From Octopus bimaculoides (taxonomy: Eukaryota): a stretch of DNA of 64,000 nucleotides. A program made the position numbers and the translations under genes. Location of the stretch: positions 85,592 to 149,591 of the forward strand of contig NC_068990.1 in assembly GCF_001194135.2 (NCBI RefSeq), read 5' to 3'. Shown piece after piece: positions 50,916 to 63,910 of this stretch; the first letter of the stretch is position 1; the number at the start of each line of letters is the position of its first letter. The notes beneath the pieces were generated by a model that did not search any database, was not told the DNA's origin, and saw nothing but the letters and a program-made list of their open reading frames with translations.

Positions 50916-51366
50916 TCCGAATCTCTTGCCTTATTTAGCATCGCCACCTGGCGCCATGGACACCTTGAACAGAGTCCACTTTGTTGCAGTTATTTGAGCC
51001 AGGTCCATCTTCCCACCAGTTTCAGATGCCCTGTTAAGACTCATGGGCACTTCCTTCCCTCCTTAATTAAAGATAGAAGAAAATTCATTGTTGAAGAGAT
51101 TTCCAGACAATACACAGCACCAGCTTTTCCAGTATCTATTTTTCACAGGCAAATTTGAAGAAAACATTTTGTCTTCCATTCATTTTACAGAATCTGAAGT
51201 TAGGCATCAACAATTATTGTCCTTTGTAGTTTTGAAGATAATGTTAACTTTATGTTTACAGTGAACAAAGACATCTGTAGTAGACTTTCATTTCATTGAC
51301 TGGCAATCAAATCTCATAAGTGGATGAAATGATATGCTTCTAGAAATTATATTTATATACTTATTA

Positions 51367-51738
51367 GGTGTAGATGTGGCTGTTTCTCAGCTACTTGGTT
51401 TTCGGATTCACTGATGTTGTGTGGCATCTTGGGCTGACCAAATCCTTGTGAGTAGATTTGGTGGATGGGTAATGAAAGAAGCTCAGTGTTGTGTATCTGA
51501 ATGTGTGTGTTTTTTTTTTGTCTTGATATTGCATGATGGTTTGTAAATGAATGTCATTCTCACACAAGTTGTAGCCTTTGTTTCCAGTATTCTGTGTAAA
51601 TATGTCTGGCCACAGGGAAATATTATCTTGCTTGGAAACAAATGAGGGAGAAGGTCATCCAGCCGCGGAAAATCTACCTCAGTAAACTCCATCTGACCTA
51701 TGCGAGCATGGAGAAGAGGATGTTAAAACATTTATGAT
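51367..51738 (+). mobile_element. SINE family A head joined to an alternative (RTE-like) 3' module 2
   Basis: After the head and a (TG)n spacer comes GTCTTGATATTGCATGATG...CATGTCTGGCC..GGGAAATATT...GACCTATGCGAGCATGG..GTTAAAA. The same arrangement occurs at 38698-38990, 54365-54545 and 62655-63045 (-). Confidence 0.75.
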
Positions 51739-54177
51739 AATGTCTGTTTTATGGTATCAACATAGAAAACTTGAAAGCTTGAGATATGAGTGTTGTATTC
51801 ATATTCATTCAGATGATGATGTATTCATAATCATTTAGATGGTAATGCAGAATAGTAAATCTCCTAACATATTGGTTTGTTAAAGTGCTGCTAAAGTCTA
51901 ATGTATTCATCTTGAGAAAACTTGTGCTCAGCACTGTTAACTGGAACATAGGTTATTCACATGAAACACAAATCTTCCAACTTTTCAAGTTCTCTCTGTT
52001 AACTGATCTAGTCTTATCTTTCTTACTTTATCACTATTACCTTGATAAAGGTGATGATGATGATGATGAAGTATTTACTGCTAAATTGACTAGGGCGTAT
52101 ATTGCAGACTTTTCAATCACGTTAGCATGTTATTGACTCAAGTTGCTGCAAATCTTAATGCATTAAAAGGATAATTGTCTAGATGTAAATCTATAAGTAC
52201 TAGCATAGAAAATTTTCCTATTTCTACTCTTTGGTTTCTTAAAATATGATGTACATATAAATATATAATGTTTATGATTAGGCAACTAACTTAACAAAAA
52301 TATTCCCTTTCAACCTTGAGATGTCAAACATGTTTACATGTTGATGACTGCAACAGTTAACTCTCCACTGCCTGCTATCACCATTATGTGTCTGTTGTCT
52401 TGAGTGTTCAGTGAGATAGATCTCAGAACCACTGTATAGTTGGTGATTCACAGTTTCTACAAAGTTGAATATATAAGTTTTGAATGAACCTGGTTTACTA
52501 GATTTTGTTTAATTCTAACATAATTGTTTGAGTTATTCTTATGCAACAGCCTTCTTGATTGAGTTTAACTCAATACAAATAATAGTTAATGTTTTGTTAT
52601 TAAGGGTACAACTGTGTAACAATTTAATTTTTTGCTCTAAAGATATATTTACAAAAAACAAACAAACAAACAAACAATAATTTGAAAACTTCAGTATGAA
52701 ACCTGTCTTGAATGTAAGATTTATTGTTCCATTTTTCCAACGTTGTCTAACTGCTTTCTTTATGATCTAGAATGAAGATAGTTGATAGAATGTTTCAGAA
52801 TTTCCCCATTTGTCCAGCACTTATAGATTTAAAGTGTCAGATGTAACAGTTTAGGGTTAAACTTGAGTGCATGAGCAAGGCTATCTCATCTTTAATACAG
52901 TTGATGCTGTCCTAAAATGTAAACATATGGTTCCCAGTTTAAAGCTAGTAATTGAATTTAATGAAGGAAATTTAACTTCAATATTGAGCACTTAATTTTT
53001 GTTTTTGTTGGTATATTTGTTTTTACGTTTAAGGTTTCTTTTCTCTTGAAGTGATGAGCTCTGTTTCTCCTCCTCCTAACTAGTGAAGGCATGATTGCTT
53101 GGTGAAGAAGTTTACTTTGCAATTACAGGATTAGGATATTGCTTGATAGACGGTAAAAGACTTAGTAGGCATCAATAAAGTATTGAGGATCAATCCTGAC
53201 AAATCTTTGTTAAAAATTGTAGATCGATTTTATCCTACTGTTTGAGACTTATGGCAAGTGTTTTTCGCCCTAACCTTAGCTCAGCCAAACCCCTGTGAGT
53301 GAAATTTTGGTAGACAGAAATTCTGTGGAAGTCTGTGGGAGTTTCTGTTCTTTGATGATTGACGTGATCTGTTGCCAGATTTAACATCACCTTGCCCTTG
53401 GAATGTTGTTAGCTGTTGTAAGAATTTGGGCCAGATCTCTGAGGATAACTTCCTGTTTTTATCCCACCATTCATGAAGGTCTTGGAAAAGGTTATAGGCA
53501 CTACTGTTCCTTTTCTGCTTGTTCTACTAAAAAACAAAGAAGAAAATATGTGAATTCTGTTCAGATTTTAGATTATAGCTATAAGGAAAGTAAAGGGATT
53601 GGTAAAAAATTTGAAAATAAGTAGGGAAACTGAGGATGGGAAAGGGGTCTTATATATTAAAAGTAGAATCTTATTTTAGAAATTGGTAGTTCACGGGGTG
53701 TTTGATACCGGGGTTTAATGGTGAAGATGAAAGCAGTTGTAAATACAATAGGAAATTTTAAATGTGGGTAGAATGCATTTGGTATGTTCTAATAAATTAG
53801 ATACTAATGTAATAGCAGTAGTAAAAATGGATTAAGATATTGTTTTTGACTGACATTAGAGGTCTTAGTGGACATTAATGAAATATTGTGTAGTAAACAT
53901 GGCAAATGTTTGTTAAATGTTGCAAATAGACACTAGTAAAGTACAACAGTAATCAGTCATATATTTTGTATTGACTGAATGTTGCCTTCTAAGTAATTTG
54001 ATTATTTCACTGGCTCAGTTGTTTATCTAAAAACTTTGGACCTAAATAATAATCAATGGCTACCTATTGTTATCTGCCACATATCTTTGTATCTTAATTT
54101 CCATTCTTAATGTCTGAAATTGGAAATGAGTTTATTTGTCCTTGATAAATACATGTGCGCATGCACGTGTGTGTGTA

Positions 54178-54230
<53 letters not shown>

Positions 54231-54714
54231 TTATTTTAATTTCTATTTATACTTTTGTTGGTGTTGAGATTTTGAATTCATAATATGCTGTTTGCTGACC
54301 ATATTCAGAAGAAAATGGTATGCATTAGGAATGGTTTATTTGTTCTGTAATGTTAGTACCATGTGTAATTTAGTTGAGTGGATTTAGTAGAAGGAAACTG
54401 AAAGAAGCCTGTTGTGTGTGTGTATTTGTTTTGTGTCACTTTGTCTTGACATTGCATGATAGTATAAGTGAACAGCACTGTCATACAAGTGGTGTCTTTT
54501 GTTTCCAATCTTCTGTAGAAACATGTTTGGCCAAAGAGAAGTACAAGGGAGTGCACAAAAGAAACCAGTATTTTGCAATATTATTTTATTCACTCTTAGT
54601 TTTACATGTTTACACTTTTATCACCTTCAAAGTATTCTTCATTTGAAGCAATTTATCGGTCCAGACGCGTTTTCCACCATTCAAAGCAGTGCTGGAATTC
54701 TTGCAGAGTGATGC

Positions 54715-55432
54715 CTTTTCTTTCACCTCTTCCACATCTGTAAATTCCATAGCACCAGCTTTCATCCTCTGTGATGACCTTCGAAAAAAGGTCCTGATCA
54801 ATTTCCAACTGTTCTTTCAGTTCACGACACACATTCAGTTATGACTGCCCTAGATCTTCTGTGAGCAAGGGAGGCACAAATTTTGCTGCATCTCTTTTCA
54901 TTCGCAATTCCTCGCTCAAAAATTCATTGGTAGGTGCTCCAGGATATACCAGTTATATCAACAAGTTTGTCAATTGTTTGGCAATGGTCCTCCAAGATCA
55001 ATTCATGAACTTTTGTGATGTTTTCATTTGCTTGGAAGGTTGACGGACACTCTGAACAAGGTCGGTCTTCAAGCAAGTTACCATTCCTAAAGTGTGAAAA
55101 GCACTTGTGAACTTGTGTTTTACTCATGGCAGCATCCCTGTAAGCTGTTTGAAGCATGACAACTGTTTCAGCTGCCTTTTCCCTCAGCAGAAAATAGAAT
55201 TTCACAGAAGCATACTGATCCTTCTTTTCAGCCATTGCAAAAATCTATGAACAGGGGAAAAGCACTGCAAAACAAAGATGCATCACATAGCAGTACAACC
55301 ACACTAGACAATGCCACTCAGCAGACTGATGCTTGAGAGTCGTATGAAGTGGCTTTTTGTGGCAGTAGCTTGAACTGCAATGGGCTTGTCCGACAGAAAA
55401 GGTTTCCAGTTACTCTTGCGTACCTCCTCGTG
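54715..55432 (-). mobile_element. 5' half of a mariner element
   Basis: MAEKKDQYASVKFYFLLREKAAETVVMLQTAYRDAAMSKTQV..(HTH), then AKFVP..LT and KVITEDESWCY (first catalytic Asp motif); truncated afterwards. TIR-like CGAGGAGGTACGCAAGAGT at the right end. Confidence 0.85.
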
Positions 55433-56364
55433 TTACCTTCCTTGGGGACAGGTGTGGGTTGGTGATAAGAAAAGCTTTTGACTATAGAAAACCTGCCTCA
55501 TTGGACTGTTGGACCCATGCAAATGTGGAAAAATGGATGTACTCATGATAATGCATACATCCATTTTTGTTAGTTTACTGTGAAATAGCTATGAATGCCA
55601 CAACTTTCGCTTTCTTGTTATCCTACATACATAAGATGTCTCTAGCTTAGAAATGATTAACTTCAGTTCCTATCTGGATAAAGCTTCATATATGTTTGGA
55701 AAGATATAAACAATACATTTGCTAGTTTAAGGAAATGTGTGTGTGTGTACGCACACGCGCATGCGCACGCACGCACACGCACACGAGCGCGCACACACAC
55801 ACACACACACAAGTGCATCTCAGAAAGCTTGAGCTTTATGCAAAAAATGAATGTTTGTTGTCATTTAAATTAGAAAAATAAAATTTCAGTTGCATATGGC
55901 TCCCTAAATTTTAATTGATCTCTTTGTAGTATTTTGTTGATAAAAGCTAACAGTAATGATTTCCATGCAGGGATCATTGAAATATTAAAATGTAGTACCT
56001 GAAGATCAAAAATTGAAGAGTAAGGAATGATAGTCAGTGCTTGGTTGATGCTCTTTTGTTTCAATGACTGTCTGAATATATTGTGTCATAGAAGAAACCA
56101 GCTTGTGATACAATATATTCTGCAACAAATAGGTGTGAAAATTAGCATAATTAAAAAAGAAAATATATCACTTAGGCTAATTACTCAGATATGCTATTTG
56201 CATGTAAAACAATTGAACATATTTAATACGATAAGCATCTACTCCTCACTAGTAAAATTAGGGAGATAATGAAGCCACGAAAAATTCTGTAAAAATTAGA
56301 ACATGTGAAGAGGTTATAAATTAGATTTGATGTTTTAGCCACGTGCACCCTCCCTAGATATATT

Positions 56365-57562
56365 ATATTTGGTTGGCAAGAAAGTAATTTTGTTTCACGC
56401 ATTTGGAGTTATATTTTTTCAATGACTTTTGTCAATGTTATGATTTTTTTCCTTTTGACATTTGATAGCCATTACTTTTAGCTTACTTTAGAAGCAAATT
56501 GCATGTAATTTTGTTTACGATTGTTCAGTGTTGATTTTAACCTGGAGTGCAAAGATGGACATTTTTGCCATATTTTGCTTTTTTATTTCCGTAAAAGCAA
56601 AAAAGCTGATGAGGCTCACAAGAGGTGTGTGGAGTTTATGGTTTGATTGCTTAACAGAATACACATGTCAGAAATGGTTTAAGATATTCTATTCTGGAGA
56701 TGTTGCACTCAAAGATGACCAATGTTCAGGTTGACCTGCTGAAGTTGGTGATGACTGAATCAAAACCATAATTGAATCTGATTGTCATATAACTGTGCAA
56801 GAAATTGAAGAGAGGTTAAATGCATCACACACAACAATTGAAAAATCACTTAAAATCTCTTGGACTTGTTAAGAAGCTCAATATTTGGTTTCCACATAAA
56901 TTGAAAGAAATGCATTCACTTAATACAACAAATCAATATTTGCAATATGCATCTTAAACGCAATGAAATCGATCTATTTTTGAAATGAATCATCACTGGT
57001 GATGAAAAATGGTCTACAATAACAACAAATGATTACAAATGTGTTGTGTATTTTGAGATGCTTCCAAGGAACCAAATGATCAGTTCAGATGTTTACTGTC
57101 AACAACTAATGAAACTGGAGGAAGCAATAAAAATTTTAAAAAATGGCTAGAATTGGCAAATCGTAAAAGAATCATGTTCCACCATGACAATGCTAGACCA
57201 CACACATCTTTGCTAACTCGTGGAAAATTATTGGAGCTTGGTTGGGAAGTGATGTCACATCCACCATGTAGCCCTGACCTTGCACCTTCGGATTACCATT
57301 TATTTCGAAGTTTGCAAAATTCTTTGAATGGTAAAACTTTCAATAATGATGATGACCTGAAATCACACCTGCTTCAGTTTTTGGCTGAAGATCAGAAGGT
57401 CTATGAGCATGGAATCCTGAAGTCGCCAAAAGATGGCAAACGGTCATCGAAGAAAATGGAAAATATATTAATTGATTAAAGTTCATTCATTGTATGGAAA
57501 AAAAAGAAAAATGATTTTATTTCACACTAAAGCACTGAAATTATTTTCTTGCCAGTCTTGTT
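56365..57562 (+). mobile_element. Near-full-length dead mariner (D,D34D)
   Basis: TIRs TTGGTTGGCAAGAAAGTAATT / AATTATTTTCTTGCCAG. Motifs IITGDEKW, MFHHDNARPH and HPPCSPDLAPSDYHLFRSLQN, with 34-residue Asp spacing. Multiple stops. Confidence 0.93.
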
Positions 57563-57639
57563 CTTAGGCATTTTGATAAACATTTTGTAAAACAGCTGCG
57601 GTAGCATCAATAATAATATTAGTTACAAATTTTGGAACA

Positions 57640-58050
57640 AGTCCAGATAGTTTGGGGTAATGGGGTAAGTTGATTACATCAGCCCTAGTGCTGAACTGGT
57701 ACTTCTTTTTTTGACCCCGAAAAGATAAAAGGCAAAGTCAACCTTGGTGGAACCAAGAGCCTTTTATGATTTTTAATATTGCTCTAGCAGCAAGCTGGCA
57801 AAATGCTGTGTTGCATTTTGTCCATCTTTATGTTCTGGATTCCATCAAGGTTGACTTTGCCTTTCATCATTTCAGGGTCAATAAAAAAAGTACCAGTTCA
57901 GCACTAGGAAATTCGATTACATCTATCTAAGTACTTAACTGACACTTAATCAACTCAGAAATGATGAAAGACAAAGTTGACCCTGGCAGGATTTGTACCC
58001 AGAATGTAAAGATGGATAAAATACCACTAAGCATTTTGCCTGGCATGAAA
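57640..58050. mobile_element. Cluster of three SINE family B pieces (-, +, -)
   Basis: Each carries the GTTGACTTTGCC(T)TTTCATC..GGGTC..AAGTACCAG segment. Confidence 0.8.
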
Positions 58051-58559
58051 ATAATAACAATAATAATAGGAATAGCCCACATCTTGATTCAGTAGAATGG
58101 TTCAAATAGAACAGTCTGCATGTGCAGCACACATCCTATATAATAAGTGTCTAATAATTGAAAACAACACAACTCTCGCAACATATATCATATCCAATAA
58201 AATAACACCAGCCACATTGCACACAACACACACAAGAGAACAAACCTTAATCATTGTCATTTACTGTCTGCCTTCCCTGCTGGCATGGGTCGGATGGTTT
58301 GACAGGAGCTGGTCAGGCAGCAGCCTGCATCAGACTGCTTTGTGTTTTGGCAGGGGTTTTGTGGCTGGATGCCCTTCCTAACCCCAACCACCCAACACAG
58401 TGGACTAATGTAACCAGAAACTAAACTCTTGAAAGAAACTGCTGCAGTAACTGATAGGAGGAGTCCACCCTCCCCTCAATCCCCACAAAAATAAGACTGC
58501 ACATGCTTCAGGAATATGGAAGTGTACCAGGTGGTGCAGTAGAAACTTACATGAAACAA

Positions 58560-58792
58560 GGCGGTGAGCTGGCAGAGTGGTTAGCACGCCGGGCGAAATG
58601 CTTAACTGTATTTCGTCTGCCGTTACGTTCTGAGTTCAAATTCCGCTGAGGTTGACTTCGCCTTTCATCCTTTCGGGGTCGATAAATTAAGTACCGGTTA
58701 TGCACTGGGGTCAATGTAATCGACTTAATCTGTTTGTCCTTGTTTGTCCCCTCTATGTTTAGCCCCTTGTGGGCAATAAAGAAATAAGAAAC
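58560..58792 (+). mobile_element. Young, full-length SINE family B
   Basis: A box TGGCAGAGTGG (58570-58580), B box GAGTTCAAATTCC (58632-58644), central GCCTTTCATCCTTTCGGGGTCGATAAATTAAGTACC (resembles the Deu/Nin conserved SINE domain), and tail AATAAAGAAATAAG. CpGs are intact. Confidence 0.9.
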
Positions 58793-59185
58793 ACTTGCAT
58801 GAAACAACTGAAGAAAAAATGAAAATAACATTTGTATGCACAACATATACAAACGGAAGACTTTCTTTAACTTTGGCACAAGGGTACCCATTCTTTAAAT
58901 GGAATCTTATTGACTTAACAGTCTAGTACATAACATGACTGGTATTTGATGAAAGACAAATCAGTGTAGTGGCGTTTGAACTCAGGACAGGTTGTACAGT
59001 TGAAATTTATTGGAAATCCTTTCTTATATAAGGGCTATTAATATAGAAAGAGTTACAATATAGGAAAGCACCTTTAATGCCTGTTAACCATATATTTCTA
59101 GCAAAAGTAGACAGCCATTGTGTTTTAAATATTTGTAAGATTTGGAGACATTGAATACTATATCTTCTCTCTCTTTCTCTCTGTG

Positions 59186-60450
59186 TATTGAGTCATATAA
59201 ATAATGTGGTTTTTCTATACTTCTTTTATTTTTCAAAATTAAAATAAACAAAGTTCTCTTTTAATCTAAAATATACTCTCCTTCATTTTCTACAATGCTC
59301 TTCCATCTATCTGGTAGACTTGTAAGCCCCACCCCCACTAAAATTCACTTGTTCCTGATGAAAAATACTCCTCCAGTACTGTTCTGACCTCTCTACAGAA
59401 TTCATATTTTTTCTGTCCAAATGATTTTGAAGACTGCGGAATAAATGATAATCAGATGGTGCAATGTCTGGTGAATATCGTGGGTGTAGCATCATTTCCC
59501 GTTGAAACTGCTCCAGTCTTTGAAAGGTCATCCTCACTGTATGTGGCTGAGCATTATCCTGATGGTAAAACACATTTCGTCTTGGAACCAAAGATGGTCG
59601 TTTTTCTTCTGGCACTGATTTAAGCTGCTCAAGCTGCTTGCAGTGGATCTCTTCTGTTTGGGTTTGAAAGTTCAAAGTGTACTAAACCTTTCATATCTCA
59701 CCAAACAGACAACAACACCGTATGTAGGTGAAGACCTTTAGACTAGGGTGCCAGTGTTTCTCCTTTCCCTATCCACTCTCTTCAGTTCTTGACGTTTTTA
59801 TAGAGAACTCATTTCTTGTCACCAGTCACTGTTCAGTCCAAAAAAGGTTCATTTGTGAGATGTGACATCAAAGAAGAGCACACATTCACTCTCTGTGTGT
59901 GATTAGACTTGGAAAGTTTGTGGGGAACCCATTGACCCAATTTGTTGATTTTTTTCCGATGGCATGCAGGTGTCGTTGATTGGTCAAATCCAAGCTTCTC
60001 TGCCAGTTCCTCAACAGTTATGATGGGATTTTGTTCCAAGGTTAGCAGGACGTCCTCATCAAGCTATATAGATCTTCCAGGACGAGGCTTGTCTTCTAGG
60101 CTGTAGTTTCTGGCTTGGAATTTCTGGAACCACCGTTGTCACTGGCTTATGCTTATTGTCTGATCCCCATATACTGTATTAATATTCCTCACACTTTCCG
60201 TTGCATTGTTGCCTTTATTGAACTGATAAAGCAAAATATGCTGAATAATTTCCTTTGTCACTTCCATTATAGCTTTGAAAAAAAATGACTGTTAAAATCA
60301 AACAGCACTCTTCAAAACTTGCACCAAGAATAAGGACAAGGTGATATTACTACCTGCTTTTATAGCAAATTGATGCAGGTAGTTTATTCCGTCTCCCTCT
60401 AACTTCTAGTTAATGCAATTGAAAAAATTGCATTATTTATGGGATATTTA
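59186..60450 (-). mobile_element. Near-full-length dead mariner (D,D34D)
   Basis: ATG at 60267 gives MEVTKEIIQHILLYQFNKG..EDKPRPGR, then WVPHKL, VTGDEKW, YHQDNAQPH and YSPDIAPSDYHLFRSLQN (34-residue spacing). Both termini share ATAAATAATG. Confidence 0.92.
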
Positions 60451-62864
60451 CACAGGATGCTTAAAACACTGTTTTGTCTGAAAACACTGGTTTGTCTTAA
60501 GGGTTTGAATCAAGTATACTGCTGTTTTTCTTCTGTGTATTCATTAACATGCATATTTATTATATTTTGAAATGATTTTATAGCCATTGCTTTTTCTTAC
60601 ACTCATCTGAAGTTGGGTGTTTTTGAATAAATTGTTGAAGTAAGTTATAATTTTTAAAAATCCAATGAACTTGGGTTCCCATATTTTTCACTCAGTTCCC
60701 TTTGATAACTCTATACCTTCAAGAGAGTATCTTACTAATATAATTTAAGTTTTTTGCTTTTGAGTTCTAATAATTGATAGCTGCTTTGTATCCTTTGTCT
60801 CTAATATTTGATATATTATTAAATTTTGTCTTATTCCATTTCAGTTTGATGCGCGATGCTAATAAAATGGTTAGCAAATGCATATACGTGAATGTCTTAA
60901 AATCTACAGATGGACAAGATATTTTAGAAAAGTAAGTGAAAAAAGTTTGAATTTTCATAAAAGATATTTTATTTGACTTTCTTTCAGTAAATCTATACAA
61001 AGAAGTTTTTCATGAAAGTATTTAAACTGAGAGCAACATTTGCTGAAAATAATATTTTGTTTTGTGGAAAGTTTTTAGAGTTGTGGTGACTTGAATTCTT
61101 GAGTGATACACTGTCTTTAGGTACCAGTTTATTGGTACTCCATGAGAGTTTATGTATTAAAATTTCACACGTTGAACTTCTACCAAATATTTATCAAATC
61201 TGAATAAAGATTTCCAGCATTTAAAGAGACTCGGAGAAGATGAAGTTCATACAACCTGATAGTTATGATGTTTATGATGCATTTCTTCTCTAGTGTGAAA
61301 TCTTCAGCTATTTGTTTTTGCATACAAATGTTAATAGCTATGAAGTTAAAGTGCTGGACTATGGCCACAGTCTTATTTTACTGTCAAAGTGGCTGTGGAT
61401 TGGCCACAGTTTAGGTTGAGAGGCTGACAATGCTTTTCAATATATAGTTCTGTCTTTATACATTCTAAGTTCAAAACCGACCGAGGTCAACTTGGCCTGT
61501 CATCCAACAAGCTTTGAGCAAATAAATACCTACCAAGTACTGGAATTGATATAATTGACTAGTCCCTCCCTCTAAATTTGTGACCTTGTCCCTATATAAC
61601 TGATGTTATACTGTAATCAAGATCTTAGCTCTATTTACTTTGGTTACATAAGTTTTGCTTCACAGTTAGATAGTTGGCAGGATGAAAGGCATCCAACTAT
61701 AAACCTTCTTGTTCTGATATTATGCAAATATCAAAATTTACAAAATCAAAAAATGTTACATTTGCTCTCATGAAAAACAGGGATGTAAAATAAATTAAAA
61801 ATATGCAGGCTGACCTCATATGATGTTTATAATTGAGTGGGGTTTTGTTATTATATATACATACATTAGTTTGTAGAAGTATACCAAATGTTGTTACTTG
61901 CAATGATCAATGATTGTAGACATATAGAACAACTACTATCACATTTCATGTGATAGTAGTTGTTCTATATCTGTGTACAATTATTCTTCTGCACTGCTGT
62001 ATAAAACAGAACATGTATATTTTATGGTCAATAACAAAATACAAAAGAAAAAAAAGAAAACAGCAAAAATAGGCAATAGCTGTTGCAAACAAGAGACTTG
62101 TTTTTCCTTTATTTACAAAGCTATGTTAACTTGATGGGAGTTCATAAGATTTTTAATTGTTTTTTTTTAAATACATTTGGTGTGCATCCCTACACATACT
62201 GCCTTGTATTTGTTGAAAGTATAAGATTTCAATCATTATATCTCCATTGCATGTAATTTATTATGTGCCTGTATGAATATATAACCTCCATGTGTACATT
62301 ATTTGAATGTGTGGATGTGTGTATGATCACTGAATGGTATAGTTCATGGCTTATCCCCTGCCTCTCCATTCTGCAATGGACATTAAAAAACTCAAACTAT
62401 TACCTATGTGACTGGTAATGCTGATGTATGTAACACCAGCTGAGTGTTTGGCAGTTGTGTTCTATATTTTTTTCTGTAAATTGGATTTCAGTTAAAATTT
62501 TTTTCATTATCAAAGCAGATGATGTCAGGTGTTTTATTGTTCAATTACATGTATTAACTAATCAATAAGCCACTAATGGTGTGTGTGTGTGTGTGTGTGA
62601 TTAGATATATACATTTGAAAGAGTGTCATATTAAAATGATGGTGTATCATTGTTATCATTGTTTTAACATTCACCTCTCCATTGATGGTGGGGATGAAAT
62701 TTATTGAGGCACATTTTCTAAGACTGAATCCCTTATCTGTTGACAACATTCTTCTGTTTCCAAGCAAGGTAATATTTTCTCATGGCCAAACATGTTCATG
62801 CAGAATATTGGAAATGAATGACTTACCATGTAGGACACTAACACAAACACTCACACTCTTATAC

Positions 62865-62915
<51 letters not shown>

Positions 62916-63254
62916 GTATATATACACAGACACACAGAAAGATTCTTACAATTTTCATTTAAGGCTTTGGTTACTTGCCCAAAGCGCCATGCATTGAGAC
63001 TGAACTCAGAGCCATGTGGTTGAAAACCACACGGCTGTGCCTATGGCTATTGTTATATATCATAATGTTGGACAGCACTAGCTGTAGGAGTGCTAAAAAC
63101 ATTGTTATTTTGACATGATATTTGCTTCATTGGTGACAGATGACACCAGTCATTCAGAGCTGGGCCAGAACACTCATTCATATATAGAAATCAGCAAACA
63201 AAACATTTAATGATTTTTAAGGATTATATTAAAGATGCTCATGTCTGTAGAAAG

Positions 63255-63556
63255 CATTGGTGCTGATGCCATGTAAAAAGCACTGGTGCTACTACCACAT
63301 AAAGTGCACTGATAATGGTGTCACATAAAAAGCACTGGTGGTGGTGTCACATAAAAAGTACTGATGATGGTACCATGTAAAAAGCACCCAGTACACTGTA
63401 AAGTGGTTGGTGTTAGGAAAGGCATCCAACCATAGAAACCAAGCCAAAACAGACTATGGAACCTGGTGTGGCCCCTGGCCTTGCCAGCTCCTGTCAAGCT
63501 CTCCAACTCATGCCAGCATGGAAAATGGATGTTAAATGAAGACGATGATGATGATA
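63255..63556 (+). mobile_element. RTE-tail element headed by five 26-bp tandem units
   Basis: Five units like TGGTGNTGRTGYCACRTAAAAAGCAC (63257-63387), then the standard tail ending GATGATGAT. Confidence 0.85.
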
Positions 63557-63910
63557 ACTCAATGAGCAGCTATTTAAGTTGGTTGAATAACTGAATATTC
63601 AGTGTTGAAACTGAATATCCATTTTATGTTTATCTATTTGTGTATATGGAATTGAATTGCTGAATTAGTCAAATTATTATTGTGTTGGAGAGAGGGCCTT
63701 GGTGTATTTTTTTTTTTACTCTTTGTATGCTGGGTTCAGACCCCTTGTAAATGAATCTGTCTTTTCACGTTTTGGTATCAATAGAGAACCAGTTGAGAGT
63801 GGGTGTATTTGTGAAATGTTAAAGTATCAAAAGAGATGTCTTGTAATATCTGTATGATCATATACACATATACATATAGTAAATATTCACTCACAATACA
63901 TATATATATA

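Noticed and set aside
58560-58650. tRNA gene
   Set aside because: A and B boxes are present but there is no closed cloverleaf or anticodon arm, and it continues into SINE body; the same applies to the SINE-A heads.
228-63506. Most entries of the six-frame ORF track (YI/CV/HT/LSIY repeats, poly-X ORFs)
   Set aside because: They are translations of microsatellites, N-gaps or SINEs, with no domain-like content.
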